This document shows, in pieces, positions 26,055 through 39,101 of a stretch of DNA of 64,000 nucleotides (the stretch's first letter is position 1; each line of letters begins with the position of its first letter). The stretch is from Phoronis australis. Its lineage: Eukaryota > Animalia > Phoronida. Made by a program: the position numbers and the translations under genes. The notes below the pieces were generated by a model that saw only the letters and a program-made list of their open reading frames with translations, was not told the origin of the DNA and searched no databases. The DNA lies in contig NMRA01000165.1 of the NCBI GenBank assembly GCA_002633005.1, positions 501,541 through 565,540 on the forward strand, given 5' to 3'.

Positions 26055-26584
26055 TATGACAAATTAGTTCAGCACTGAATACACGAGTCTATGGATTTGT
26101 CCATCTTGAATATGGTGACATAGATGAATTCTCAAGCACTTTTTTCGCCATTTACTCACGATTTTCAGAAAAATCTGTAATTTATTGACGTGCTCATAGA
26201 GAGCAATGTAAAACTCGGCTTGTTTTCTCTAACTAGTTCTACACCATGCTAAGCCTAGTAGTGGACTCGTGTATTTCGTTTGTCTATTGCTTAGGATTCA
26301 TTGATATTCTCTGTCAGTTCCATCTGACCATCTTCCAGTATGAAGTTACTAGACAGAAATATTCAACGTATGAAGAGACTTGCCAATCATATACATTCGT
26401 TTCTTGAATTTGTTGAAGTGTGATGGTTCCTTTATGCATAAAACAGAATTTTTGGAATTGGAAATTTGACAAAACAAAATTGTCAGCATATCAGATATTA
26501 AAACAACGCACATGCTTTGTTAGTATCATTATTGCACAAAGACAATATTCAACATCAATGAATTGCACCATCATACAGACTCAC

Positions 26585-26720
26585 CTGGTTCTGAGCATAG
26601 TGACAGATCTTTAGCTCACTGTTGTTTTCCCCAGTACTAGCGTACACGTTCTCATTGGTGCGTGACCACTTAATGTCACATGACCCTTTGGTGTGAACTT
26701 GCCTGCTTACAAGGGGACGA
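26585..26720 (-). CDS. NUP37: Nucleoporin Nup37, exon 6
   Basis: RPLVSRQVHTKGSCDIKWSRTNENVYASTGENNSELKICHYAQNQ; AG and GTGAGT boundaries; phase consistent. Confidence 0.9.
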
Positions 26721-27570
26721 CTGAAATAAGAACCACAGATGTTGGTACACATTTGGAATTAATAGAAAGTTGAGACTGTAAATACTGGGGCTCGTTTTAT
26801 CAAATGGTGTATGTCTAGTCACAGCTAGTACAATTTTAAACACAAGATTGTAAATGTGACACTGTGTTGTTTTTAGAAACCAAGCCTTGCAAGAATGTAA
26901 AGTCTACTGTAAGCCGCATTCATACTCAATATGTAACTTTATCTTTTGAGAAGAGAGCTTGACAAACAGCAGAGTTAACAAGATCAAGACAATGAATATG
27001 AAATGCTTATACCGTAGTACTTTAATAATTATCACTTAGGAATCACAAGTTTTACTAACAGTGGGTATGAGAAAAGTTAAGGGCATTCAAATTGGGATAC
27101 ATTCAAATGTTAAATGTAAATGAACCACGATGAATTACCAGTGGTGATTTTATGCAAAGCACAATATGTACTTAAACAAACTGAGACTATCAGAAGAATG
27201 ATCAGCTATTTTATAAGCCCAAATGATGCACGACCAGATTGAAAATTTTATATCAAAAGATTGAGCATTTGCCGGAAACGGATAGGAAAGCGTCTCCCCC
27301 ACAACTCCACTGAGGGTTCTCACAGGGGCTCCTTTGACAAAGTTCAGGGATTACAGAAACAGAGGCTTGGGTAAAAACTGAACAGCCACCAGATCATCAT
27401 ACCCACTTTCAAGAGGTATAACTTCCTTCACATCAAACACTTGGTGGTTTTAGGCTTAAAATTAGTTCGCAGAAACGGTGCAGAGTGGCTTCATCAATCA
27501 ACTGGGCACTTACAACTCCACACATGTCCCAGACTATTACCTGCACAGAGTACATCTGTTAACAACTCAC

Positions 27571-27752
27571 CTTGACTGGGAGGTGTCAAACAGGTAACTT
27601 TTGTTGTCTGCTAGGGCGACGACCTTTAACACATTGATGAGGCTCCAATCAGCAGCTTTGAGAGGGGTGTGCCCACAGTCAAGTGACATGATTGGCTGCA
27701 TTGTAATTAGGTTATAGAACCGTATTATACCATTCTTCTCAGCAACCATCAA
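27571..27752 (-). CDS. NUP37: Nucleoporin Nup37, exon 5
   Basis: LMVAEKNGIIRFYNLITMQPIMSLDCGHTPLKAADWSLINVLKV... (LMVAEKNGxIRFY motif); GTGAGT donor. Confidence 0.94.
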
Positions 27753-28199
27753 CTAAAAGAAAGGTTCACATATTAATTGGAACTTCACAAAAAGCTGAAT
27801 AAATATTACGATTTTAAAAGATTAAAGTAATTATTTTTATGAAAGACTGATAACTCCAGATACTGTTCTTACTTCACTTTCATCAAAAAACTTCCCACAA
27901 TACAAACCAACACAAGACAGTTAATCCCCACAAATGTAGGGAATTACTTGATGTCATTTAATTTTTGAGAATATGGTAAAATATCTCAGTATGGTGGACA
28001 AATGAGATTTTATTTTCTCATTTTCACATCAAAGACATGTCGCACCAAATCAATTCACAGTTTCCATGTTCAAGTTTTGTATCATACATATCACCAAACA
28101 ATATTTTAAAAAATTATGAGAATTCACAACGAAAAATGAAAAAGGCGAATTTCAGAAATTATTTCTGTCCGAAATTGATGAGATTTTACCATAGACAGC

Positions 28200-28900
28200 A
28201 TTAATACAAATCCTTGCATCAATGAGCTTACCAAGCTTGCAATTGGAAGAACCAGCGATATACACTGGGTCAGGGCCCATGTGGGAATTGACGGCAATGA
28301 GAATGCAGACATACTTGCAAAGATAGGAGCCAGTGTTCTGCAATGTGTACCTGAACCTGCGATCCCAGTATCCTACGAATGCTGCAAGATGAGTATTACA
28401 CAAATGGTACATACCCAATCAGCAGCCCAGGAGGCATCATTTAACTCCTGCAGAGAAACCATGGAGAATTTTCCCGTGATCAATTAAAAAACCTTCTGAG
28501 TCTTGATAGAATGGGCATAACACACGTCATTCAAATTTTGACGGGCCACTGTAACCTAGCCCAACACAGACACATTACCAGGCATGTGGGGAGCCCTGTG
28601 TGTCCCGAGTGTGGTACTGACGTAGAATCCCATAAACACATGGTAGGGTCTTGCCCAGCTTTTAATAGGCTAAGGAGCAACCTACTGGATGGCACTGTTA
28701 CATGCCTACAACATATAGTGCATGGCAACAAATGGAAACGTCTGTCCACTGTTTTAACGAAGAAGGGCAGACTTGAAAATTTCCTTCATGAAGAACCAAA
28801 ACAGGGCTCTCGCACTTTTAGCTCAGGTGTTTTGTGCAATGGCCCAACCTGTCTGATGCACCATAAATGCCATCTGGCCACCTGCACTGTTTTTTTTTAA
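28200..28900 (+). mobile_element. 5'-truncated non-LTR retrotransposon fragment (RNase H C-terminus plus CCHC knuckle; I-group-like)
   Basis: IHWVRAHVGIDGNENADILAKIG is an RNase H motif. After a stop/frameshift comes LTGHCNLAQH...CPECGTDVESHKHMVGSCPAF, the LINE ORF2 C-terminal zinc knuckle. Antisense within NUP37 intron 4. Confidence 0.88.
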
Positions 28901-29401
28901 ATACAAATTCTTTCAAGTGCAATTTTGGCTTTCTTTACCTTCATCAGCGTAACTAATTTTGATAATGAATTTGATAATACAGAGAGAGTTCTAAATTAAC
29001 AAAGTAGTAAGACTCCTTTTTTCATATTCTTGATTCAAGAAACACCTTTGGTGTTTTAAAACCATAGACTGAGAGCAAAAAGCAGCTTGTCAGCACGAAA
29101 GCATGCGACATGGGACCAACATGACCTGAGCCCATGCATGCATTTCTTGTGTTAAGACTCTTGTTACACTAGCCCCACCTGGTGAATTTTGAGTAGCCCT
29201 TTGTCTCCAAACACATACTGTGGTATGTTGAGACAGGGATTTTACTTGACAAACAGATCACTTTATGAACATACAAGGTATGTAAGAGCAGGACCTAATG
29301 CTAGGCAGAGAATAGTCTACTTCTGTCAATGGTACTAACACAGAGAATGAATTCTATAGCCTAAGCAATGATACAATGACCTACATCAAATGGCATGGTA
29401 C

Positions 29402-29587
29402 CTTCATGGGGTCATCGCGGTGCCAGCGTACACTCATCCCAGGAGACTGTAGTGGGAACCTCATGTGCTGCGTACCGTCTGTGTCAAAGATACGACAACT
29501 CAGGTCATCCCCTACACTAGCTATCTGGTCACCTTTCTCTGGGTCAAAGGTCACAGCATTGATGTAATCTGTGTGACAGTCAATTAT
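29402..29587 (-). CDS. NUP37: Nucleoporin Nup37, exon 4
   Basis: IIDCHTDYINAVTFDPEKGDQIASVGDDLSCRIFDTDGTQHMRFPLQSPGMSVRWHRDDPMK; a WD repeat plus the SPGMSVxWH motif. Confidence 0.94.
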
Positions 29588-30251
29588 CTGAAATTCAAGG
29601 CATTTGTAGAATGATTGGAACAGTTCACTTCTAAATACAACGTGCTTGCAAGGTGTTACAACGCCGACAACATTAAAGTGTCGTTTTCTGAATAATATCA
29701 TTGATGTCTAAACTCAAGTCAGTATTATAATGGTTGGTACTCAGCGCGTAATTTTTGATGACAACTATGATAACAAATTACTCAAATGTTCACTCCCAAT
29801 CGGAAATAGATAATAAATGTAAGTTGACTGAGAATTGTGTAGTTGAACTTTATTTACAAACAACTGTAACTTAATTTACAAACAGCTGTAACAAAACGGG
29901 ATAAGCCCTACAACAATTGGCAGTTTACATAAAGAACAGCAATGTTTCTATAAAAAATTGTAAATTTCCATAGTTAGGTTTCTAAAACATGTTCACAATA
30001 CTTCAGTTTTACTAGAAATTGCAACAGTTGCTGATTTGTGAAAGTACTCTTGTAACACGTTGATATCCAGAATATTTTTGTAAAACAAGACAACTAGTGA
30101 AATACTGATTAAAATTGTAAACAAAATTACCCCTGCTTCTCTTTTTTACTTTGAGTATTTTAACAAAATAGGATATTTTAGATCAGATAGCGTCACTGCA
30201 AACTATCATGTCATTGCCAGCATTAATCAAGGCTTGCTCACTAATACCTAC

Positions 30252-30324
30252 CTTAACAGTATCTGTCTCTTTCAGATCGGATGTGAATAACCTCAGCTTC
30301 TTATCAATTCCTGCAGTACAAAAC
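30252..30324 (-). CDS. NUP37: Nucleoporin Nup37, exon 3
   Basis: FCTAGIDKKLRLFTSDLKETDTVK; AG and GTAGGT boundaries; phase consistent. Confidence 0.93.
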
Positions 30325-31285
30325 CTGTCAATGAAGAAACATTTTCTTAGTCTACCAGCGTTCATAACACATGTTTAGCAAAAACTTTCTGATATCTGTT
30401 CTCATTCAAAACAGAATATAAACACATTAAACCTGTGAAAAAGTGTCAGTAATGCAGTATTTCCCCTGGGTTTCAAGAGGAGCTTGCTGGTGAATGGTCA
30501 CAGTGGGATGCATTAGCCTGTTGCCGCATGCGAGTTAAGAAGTGGGATCCCACCATTGCCGCGGCTTCAAAAGAAACGTGGTGGTGAAACGTAGCAGTGA
30601 TGAAGAGACTGGCGCCACAATAAAGCGTCATTGTGTGATCTCACTACCACATTTCAATCACCAATTAAATTTGCGTTAGGAAGCGGACACACCAGTACTC
30701 ATTAAAATTGAATTCCCCGGCTCTAGGCACATGCATGGAACGAAAAAAATATTTGAACGTGTTTAGACTTGATTAACTAACTTAAATAATGAAACTTCTC
30801 TTAATGTTGTTTATTGTATTCTTGCTCAACATAAATCAGATTGATCGCCATTAGCCAGCATACACCAGGTTCTCAAATTGGGAGAATTTCTCCCAATCGG
30901 GTGTATTCTCCCGATACTGAAAAAAGCTCTCTTGATATAGAGAATTTCTCCCAAATGGAGGAATGAATTTAACAAAGTGTCCAAGGGATTCAATTGGGAA
31001 ATTCAAGTTTGATACCATTGAACAGTGTGAAAAATTACGAGGATTGACTGTGGGAATTACGGGGATACTCCTTAATTAAAGGTGCCTAGTCACAAACTGA
31101 GCCACTAACATTCAAATCTTAAGAGCCCAGACAAAAAGTTAGAGGCCCAGATCTTTGAGGAATAGTTCAACAATCGCATGAACGCTCAACGTAATGAACA
31201 GGTGGAGTCACACCTTCAATCTAAGTACGAACCTCGATTGATGGTTGTATTTAAAACAATATACTTTCCAACAAACATAATAAAG

Positions 31286-32632
31286 ACAAGAGCAACGCGG
31301 AGCGATGAAATGCGCCCACGAATGCATTGCAAATGGTGTGCTTTTAGGGTTATTTATTTGTATCATAAAAATGGCCACTAGATGACGCAAAAACATACAA
31401 TCCATCCAAAAACAGGAACACGCCGTATTTCATAAAAATCTGTCAAGGAACTTCAGAGAAACAAAGGAAAACATAATAAAATGAAATTGCCACTAGTGGG
31501 CACAGTGTCCGTTGGATCCGCCTGAAAGTCGTCGTCGTCTGTTGTTATCTGCATATAAATACACTTACTAAATTTAGTAAAGATCCTGCAGTGGGTTTAG
31601 GAGATACAACTATGGGCGCAAAACAAAACTACCACTAGGAGGCGCCACAGTAGTCAGTCACCATCATCAAAGGTCATCTTCACACTGAGAACATATATTC
31701 CAATTTTCAAATGATTTGGTTGATACAGGGGTGGACACCAAAAACAAGATTTGAAAACAGCAANCCTAAACCGTTCACAGGATCGTTACGAAATTGTGTA
31801 AGTATATTTATATGATGTTAGCAACGGAAGATGACGACTTTTGGATGGATCCAACTACTCGAAAACAGTAAAAATGGCCACTAGGTGGTGCAAACTACGT
31901 CGAATCAATCTGAAAACGGGAGGATAGCGTCACCGCACTAATAGGTGCCTTCATATTAAATTTCATGAAAATTTGTTAAGGACATTTGAAGATACAAAGG
32001 TAAACATAAAAAATAAAATTGCTACTAGGGGGCACACCGGCGGTCGGAGCTGTTCAAAAGTCGTCGTCGTCCATTGCTAACAGTATACAACTATACTTAC
32101 TAAATTTCGTAAAGATCCTGCGAACTAGGAGGCGCCACAGAAGCCGAAATCGTCGGGAAATCATTGTCAACCGTCCTTTTCATAGTAAGCACATACATGC
32201 CAATTTTCACAATCATCCTTTGAGCGGTTTGGTTGATAGAGGGGTGGATGCAAAAAACAGACTCGAAAACAGTAAAAATGGCCACTAGGTGGTGCAAACT
32301 ACGTCAAATCCATCTGAAAACGAGAAGATAGCGTCATCTCACTAATTAGTAATAGGTGCCTACATACCAAATTTCATGAAAATCCGTTCAAAACTTTTGA
32401 AGATACAAAGGTAAGCGTAAAAAACTAAAATTGCCACTAGGGGGTACACCGGTAGTCGAATCCGTCCGAAAGTTCGCTCATGCCGTCCCATTCATGAATG
32501 GAACATATGTGCCAAAGGGTTTTGGAGATAGAGCAGCGGACGCCGGACTCCGGACAGACGCTGCCCGGACAGACGGACGGACGGGGATGATGGCATAATG
32601 CGTCCACATATAAATATGTGGGCGCATAAAAA
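31286..32632 (-). mobile_element. Second HINE/Helentron-like copy, inverted relative to 17963-19461
   Basis: Reverse-complement termini: GTGGGCGCATAAAAA at ~32618-32632 with (GGAC)n, and ACAAGAGCAACGCGGAGCGATGAAATGCGCCCAC at 31286-31319. Same ~150-bp monomers. Confidence 0.8.
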
Positions 32633-32992
32633 TGGGATTTGTAAAAGGAAAACATACAAAAGTGAGTTCATGGGAACCACACAGTTGCCAGTCATTCTTT
32701 CAAAATTTTCATGCTGAAGAATTCAAATAGTGATCATTGAAATCATGACATACTACTCGGGTCTTACCAATACTGCAAAATTCTTCATTTTCAAAAATGG
32801 TAGTACCATAGTCCCCAATACATAAAAAATGCCTTGCATATTCTGCATTTGGCTTCACTGGTTAGTAGTGTATTTGTTGTGACTGCACCATACGATTTTG
32901 AAATTGCATGGACATAGTCGGATATAAACGGAGAATACCAACTCTGCCCAAATATGGTAGTAGTATTCCTTAAAAAAATTGTGATACCTTAC

Positions 32993-33117
32993 CTCAATGT
33001 TCTAGGGACTGTGTACAAACTAGTCTCTGGGCTCCAGGCAATGGCCATTACTCGACTGCCATGATGAAAGTCTCGTATGTGATCAAACTCAACACCGTCC
33101 ACATCTTTATCTTCAGA
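32993..33117 (-). CDS. NUP37: Nucleoporin Nup37, exon 2
   Basis: SEDKDVDGVEFDHIRDFHHGSRVMAIAWSPETSLYTVPRTLR (FHHGxRVxxIAWSPET is characteristic of Nup37). AG and GTAAG boundaries. Confidence 0.94.
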
Positions 33118-33951
33118 CTGAAACAAAGTTAAAAATAAAGCCACTACTGAAATAAAATAAAAATTGAACATTAGATGTTGATGAAATAGGGAAAACTTGA
33201 AACAGATTGCAGGTCTACAGTCAACCGACCTAAAGATCAGACGTTTTGGCACACATTCTATTATATTTAATTGGAAATGTGGTAACAGTCGAATATAATG
33301 CGCCCACATAATGACAACCAGTTTTCTCCACTGAATAATGGGCATCAAACTGGTTCTCAAAACATGGGCACGTTATATCCGACTATTACGGGAAATATTA
33401 CGGGCTGTTGGCAATTCTTTATTGAAACAAAGACTTTGCCTTCATGGAATTGTTGTGTTACTAAATCTTGTCACCGCAAGCCTATTTAAGTTTTGTAAAG
33501 AACACCTGCTTTGATGTTTGCTACTAGAACACAGCTCTCTGTTCGCAACATAGTTACCCATGAAATGTAATCTCATGGCAGCTGACTGTGTTGTTTCAGT
33601 GAATTAGTGCAGATAACCAAAGGACATGCAATCTTACTGCATTCAACTAGTAAGTATCTTTTCATCTTCTTGATGTGATACAAGCAATGTTGGATATTTA
33701 GGTTCGTCCAATACTTAAGGATGTCAAATATTTATGTACATTATATGTATTAGTATTTAGAAATTCAGTTCAAGATTTATTCTAATCCAGCAAATACTAG
33801 TAGGTAAATCCCGTCCATATAAGCGATAACATCTGTGATTATTTAAAAGTATCTCCAAAAATATTTGATAAATGAGTTATCTGAATATATCTAGTAATTG
33901 TGGACCTCTCACCATGAAACTTACATCAAAATGTAGCGCACACCTATAAGT

Positions 33952-34671
33952 TTGCCTTGGCACAAAGCTGTATACTAAATATACAACTTTGTGCCAATGT
34001 GGGTAAAAAACTGACCAAATAAAATCTGACACACAAAATTAGTGTCATTATTTTTGTTCCTTGAGTAAACTATATTATTTAATGGTGTTGGAAAAATGGC
34101 ATTCTAACGTTATTCTGCTGCTAAAGTTGTGGAGCGATCATTTCCGTCAGCTTTTGGCACCATGAAATTTTGCATTACCTATTGGCCAGTTTCTTTTTCC
34201 CCCATTTTTCAACAACTTCCACGAGGTTGCGTAGATGTTACAACAAATTATCGGAACTGGTTTCATTTTGTAACAAGTTTTCAGTATTTTAATACCAGCA
34301 AACTGATTTTCAGAATTAATTTTGCTGCCATCATCTGCTGAGAGATGTCGTAAATTTTTAGGGAATGTTGCGTGCACGTGACACGAGCGTACTCTTTTCA
34401 ACAAGTACTTTTCATCGTTACAAAAAGCGAAGAATTACACGAGAAAATGTTGTTTGTTAGATTGTTTTTTCGCTTAAACGGATGTAACGGGAAAGGTGTC
34501 AGTTGATTCACAGATTTTGCATGCACCCCCGTCCGGTATTTAGCTCTACGCGTTGATACAAGTTTCACGGCGAGGTGGCTGTGTGCAATTTCGAGGTCTG
34601 TTAGCACTGAACATACATTGGTACCTAGCTGAATTTTGATGATAGTCTTCATAGAGTTAGTTGGCTGGCTA
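33952..34671 (+). mobile_element. Academ-like non-autonomous element, older copy
   Basis: Colinear with 35445-36185. Ends TTGCC...GGCTA; degenerate 10-bp flanks ACCTATAAGT / ACCTACAACT. Confidence 0.7.
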
Positions 34672-34689
34672 ACCTACAACTCGTCACCT

Positions 34690-35367
34690 CGTCGTAAAAC
34701 TACATCAACATATAAAGCTAACGGACCGGCGGGGGCGCATGCAAAATCTGGTAGTCACCCGACACTCCCATTGTTCGTTGCAGCCGTTTAAGTTGAAAAC
34801 AATCAAATAAACGTCATTTGGTAGCATAATTTGCCGCCTTTTTAACAAAGAAGTGTATTGTCCGTTTTAAAAACAGCACGCTCGTGACACGGCGCACGCA
34901 CCATTTCATAAAAATTTGAGACGTCTTTCGGTACATGGCGACAGCTTCACAGCACCAAGGTTGTTCTAAAATTCAGTTTGCTGGTGTAAAAATACTAAAA
35001 ACTTGAAACAAAATGAAACAAGTTCCGATAATTTGTTATAACATGTACGCAACCTAGGTACCGTCAGCGACGAACACTTCATAAAACAATCAGGGGGAAA
35101 AGAAACTGGTAATGGTCAGGTGACGTAATCGCAAAAAGCCGACTCAAGAGAACACATCACAATTTTACTAGCAGCAGCCGATGAACGATCGCTAACATTT
35201 CCAACACCGGTAAATACAGAAGTTAGTTTACTCTAGGAACCTGGTTCCTAGGTTTACTCAAGGATGAGATCAGTTTTGAGTCAGATTTTATTTGTACATT
35301 TTTTACCCATATCCGCTCAAACCTGTAGGCCTATATCAAGTATACACTGAGCTTTGGGCCAAGGCTT
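34690..35367 (-). mobile_element. Academ-like element, inverted diverged copy
   Basis: Reverse-complement similarity to its neighbours (GCATGCAAAATCTG, CAGATTTTATTT, TTTTTACCCA, GCTTTGGGCCAAGGC). Left boundary approximate. Confidence 0.65.
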
Positions 35368-35444
35368 GGGTAACCCGGCGATGGTATGCGAAAACCATCC
35401 CATTAGAAGACACCTTTTTCGAAGAGTTTAAGCAACCAGGTGCC

Positions 35445-36185
35445 TAGCCTTGGTACAAAGCTGTATATAAATATACAGCTTTGTGGGTAAAAAGTGGTAA
35501 GATAAAATCTGACACAAAATTAGTGTCATTAAAAACTACAGTCTTCCTTGAGTGAACAAAATTATTTAACAGTGTTGGAAAAAATGGCGTTCTACCGTTA
35601 TTCTGCTGCTAAAAATGTAGAGCGATCCTTAGCGATGGCTTTCGGCGCCATGAAATATTGCGTCTCCTATTGGCCAGTTTCTTTTTTCGCCGATTCTTCA
35701 ATCAACTGCTGTTCTTTCACGATCTTGCGTACACGTCACAACAAACTGTTGTTTCACTTCATTATAATTTTTTAGAATTCCGATACTGAAAAACCGAATT
35801 TCAGAAGAAATTTTGCTTCTCCGAAGTTGTCGCGAAAATTAAATTTTAGGAAATGGCGCGTGCGCATGACATGGGCGTGTCGTTTTCGAAACAACGACAT
35901 ACTTTTCATTGTTAGAAAAGGCGGAGAGTTATGCAAGAAAATGACGTTTATTGCATTGTTTTTCACTTAAACGGCTGTAACGGGCAAGGTGAGTGTCGGT
36001 TGAGTCCCAGATTTTGCATGCACACCGTCCGGTCTTTAGCTTTACATGTTGATACAAGTTTCACTGCGCGGTGACGAACAGAACTACCCTGGCTGTGTGC
36101 AATTTCGGGGTCTACGGAAGAAATACACGCAGTGGGACCTAGCTGTATTTTGACGACAGTCTTCATACAGCTAGCTGGCTGGCTA
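35445..36185 (+). mobile_element. Academ (AcademH-type) non-autonomous element
   Basis: Termini TAGCC...GGCTA with exact 9-bp TSD CCAGGTGCC (35436-35444, 36186-36194). Confidence 0.8.
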
Positions 36186-36625
36186 CCAGGTGCCATAAAA
36201 AAGGCATAGCGAACCTTTTACAGTACTGTGGCAAACAATAAAAAATAAGGACGATTGATACAATGATAAATTACGATTTAAACTCTTCAAATATGACAAA
36301 AGCAATGAATGTGTAAAGCAGCCGATACCCCGCCGTTCACATCACTGACACATCAGCCAATCAGCGATCGCTTTCAGAATTCATTGTTTTGACCATGAAT
36401 ACGAATCGGCTTTTGTTTGGCATGCAAGTCAGGCAAATGTGAGTTTTATTTGTGTGTTAGAACCGATTAACTGCAACATTATTTTGACTGCAGTCCGCTT
36501 TTAAGCAGCCAAGCGCTAGAAACTTCAACGCTAGATGTCGTGGGACCGCGCAAAAGAGGAAATAAGATGGTTCACGACTTTAGGGCACTCACGACTTTAG
36601 CCTAGGACCTCAGACGGTACATCAC

Positions 36626-36772
36626 CTCAAATTTACAGCTTCCTATGGACACGCGTACATCTGTTCCTATCGCGAGGAGATGTCCACTCTGTTCAAAGGG
36701 AGAAAATTCCAGAACTTGTGCTAAGCCTGAATATTCAATTGAATATGAACTTGGCTTAGGCTCTTCTGGCAT
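36626..36772 (-). CDS. NUP37: Nucleoporin Nup37 (WD40), exon 1
   Basis: MPEEPKPSSYSIEYSGLAQVLEFSPFEQSGHLLAIGTDVRVSIGSCKFE followed by a GT donor; matches the Nup37 N-terminus (EFxPF, LxAxG, IGxCxF). Confidence 0.9.
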
Positions 36773-39101
36773 TGTCAGAGCTTTTTTTGAAGAACACAGC
36801 CACACTTTCCAATTTTTCGCGGAAACGTTCTATTTGTACTTCAAAAGTAGAAACCATTGTGTTATACAGCGCTCTCTGGTGTTTTTAATGAAACTCACTT
36901 AGGCTGCTGGCGACATCAAAGTACACTGTCCCTTGGACCCTGTCACACGGTTACCATCATTAGACCGATAATCAAGTGGTAAGCTGGCGGGGAAAATTGC
37001 AGGTGAGAGAGTTTTGTTTCGAGCTCTAATTTGGCGAAGCAGGTTTTTAGTTTAGAAGCTGCTAACGTTTTCCCAAAATTGACGTTGAAAAGTGAAACGC
37101 AACAAGTTGCCACTCTTTGAATTTAAATTTCAAATCCTCAGCCTGCGTTTTCAAGTTGAAAGCGCTTTTACGTTGCAGCTAATTTGACACGAGTGACAAT
37201 GAAATCAAGAAATGTTCTTCAGGCTTACAAGTACTTCAGATTTTCCTTGTTTTATTTCTTTACCCAACGGGTAGGCCTATTCTCTAATACCAGTGCTGCC
37301 CATGCACATAAGAAAACCGTGTAGTAAGCTTAAACGTAGGTTTCGGAAGGCTATTAGTGAGACTGCACCCTCTAAAAAATCGTCTTTTGAAAATTGAATC
37401 AGATATTCTGTTTCAAAATTTCATGTCGAGACAGGGTAATATAATCCACTCCGGACAAAACCAGAACAATGCAGCGAGACCATTGTTGACAAAGTCACAC
37501 AAGATTTGCGGTTCAGCTGAGATATGAGAATTAATCCGTCAGAACAACGATTCGTAAAATTGCTCCACGGTTTTGACCACACTCTTGACGTTTTAGTTGA
37601 TTTACGGTAACTAATACAGCAAACAGTTGGTCAAAAATGTATCGTGGGCCATCCCGGCTAACCGCACTCTCAGTTGCGCCTTGAAACATGTCACGCTCTT
37701 CTCTCGGTTGCCCCGACAACTGTAATTAACACTTAATTAGCAAAAAAGTGCGAAATGTGTCTTTGGTATCAAGTGACGTTACTATCGGTACTAACTAGTG
37801 GCAGAGATTTTTTTATCGACAATGATAATCGCACGTACTCAAACTAACCTGGTCAAAGAATAATCATGGACGCTAGCAGAAATTTAAAAAAATGCCGGAA
37901 CGAGGTTTGCATCCTATACTACATAATGGCACGGCGATTAAGTGTCCCCCTTCGAATTTTTCGGACGGGTTAATACAAGTTGGGAACGACAGACAGTCGC
38001 GTGACTTATTCTGCCGCAGCTCTCAACGCGACACGATCACTATGATTGCTGACTTAATTATCAGCAATAGCATTACGCGTAAAATAAGAACGCAGTACAA
38101 ATGTTCGCCTGTTCCACAACCTAAGCATTCGTGTCTGTTTGTACCAACATAGTCTGAGAGCAGTCAAATGACCTTCACTTTTCCAAGGTTAGAGATGCCC
38201 TGGAATGAGGTCCATCTTGAATGAGTGACAACACTGTGTGTCTGGAGATGACAAGAATCATCCGCTTATATTATTGTTGTCGGACAGCGAATCACCGTGG
38301 TTGATATGAAGAGAGATGGACACCAGATTAATTTAACACTGCTTTGTTTTAAACTATGTTAAACAAATAAGCCAAGCATTTTTGTGTGTTTTTGATCAAG
38401 AGTCACTTTTTCTCTGTCACTGGCGGCCACGGCTTAGTCCCAGCTTCGATATACCGAAACATAACATCCTTTAAGTGATAAAAATGTGTTTTCATATCAA
38501 CAATTTACACGCATGAAACGATTTTATCAAAGAATATAATCATAGGTTTGTGTAGAAAGTATCGAATGCATATCGATGGAACACCCTGATAGTTTATTGT
38601 ATACGGAATTGTATTTTGTAGTGACTGGAAAATCATTTCGAAAATATGTTGTTATCGTAAGTCACAAGAAGACCGCAGCTGTTTCCATTCAGGAAGGTGC
38701 AACAAGGAGGGCGTAGACAGGCAACATGATTTCATGCTTGCCATTAATAAACTTGTGTTGAGCACAATAAAAAAATTCGTGACATCACATATTCCTGTCT
38801 TATCGCCAATACATAACAATTGGTGGGGAATAGATACTGAGGCAATTTGAATAAACAAAATTCCAAACCGTATACTCACCCCGTCACCAGTGTCGACTGA
38901 CTCAAATTACAGACGAATTTCACACGTTTTTCAAAACTAGTTTTGCAGATGTCGTGCCATTTTTTTTAGCATCCATCCCAAAGTAATGTTTGCGTTTTCC
39001 TGTGAGGCCCTCACAAACGTCGATGTGCACCGTTAGGTGTCAGTCCATCAAAGTAGCGGAACTTTGTAGCATACGTTAGCAGCGTCGGGAAATTTGAGTC
39101 T

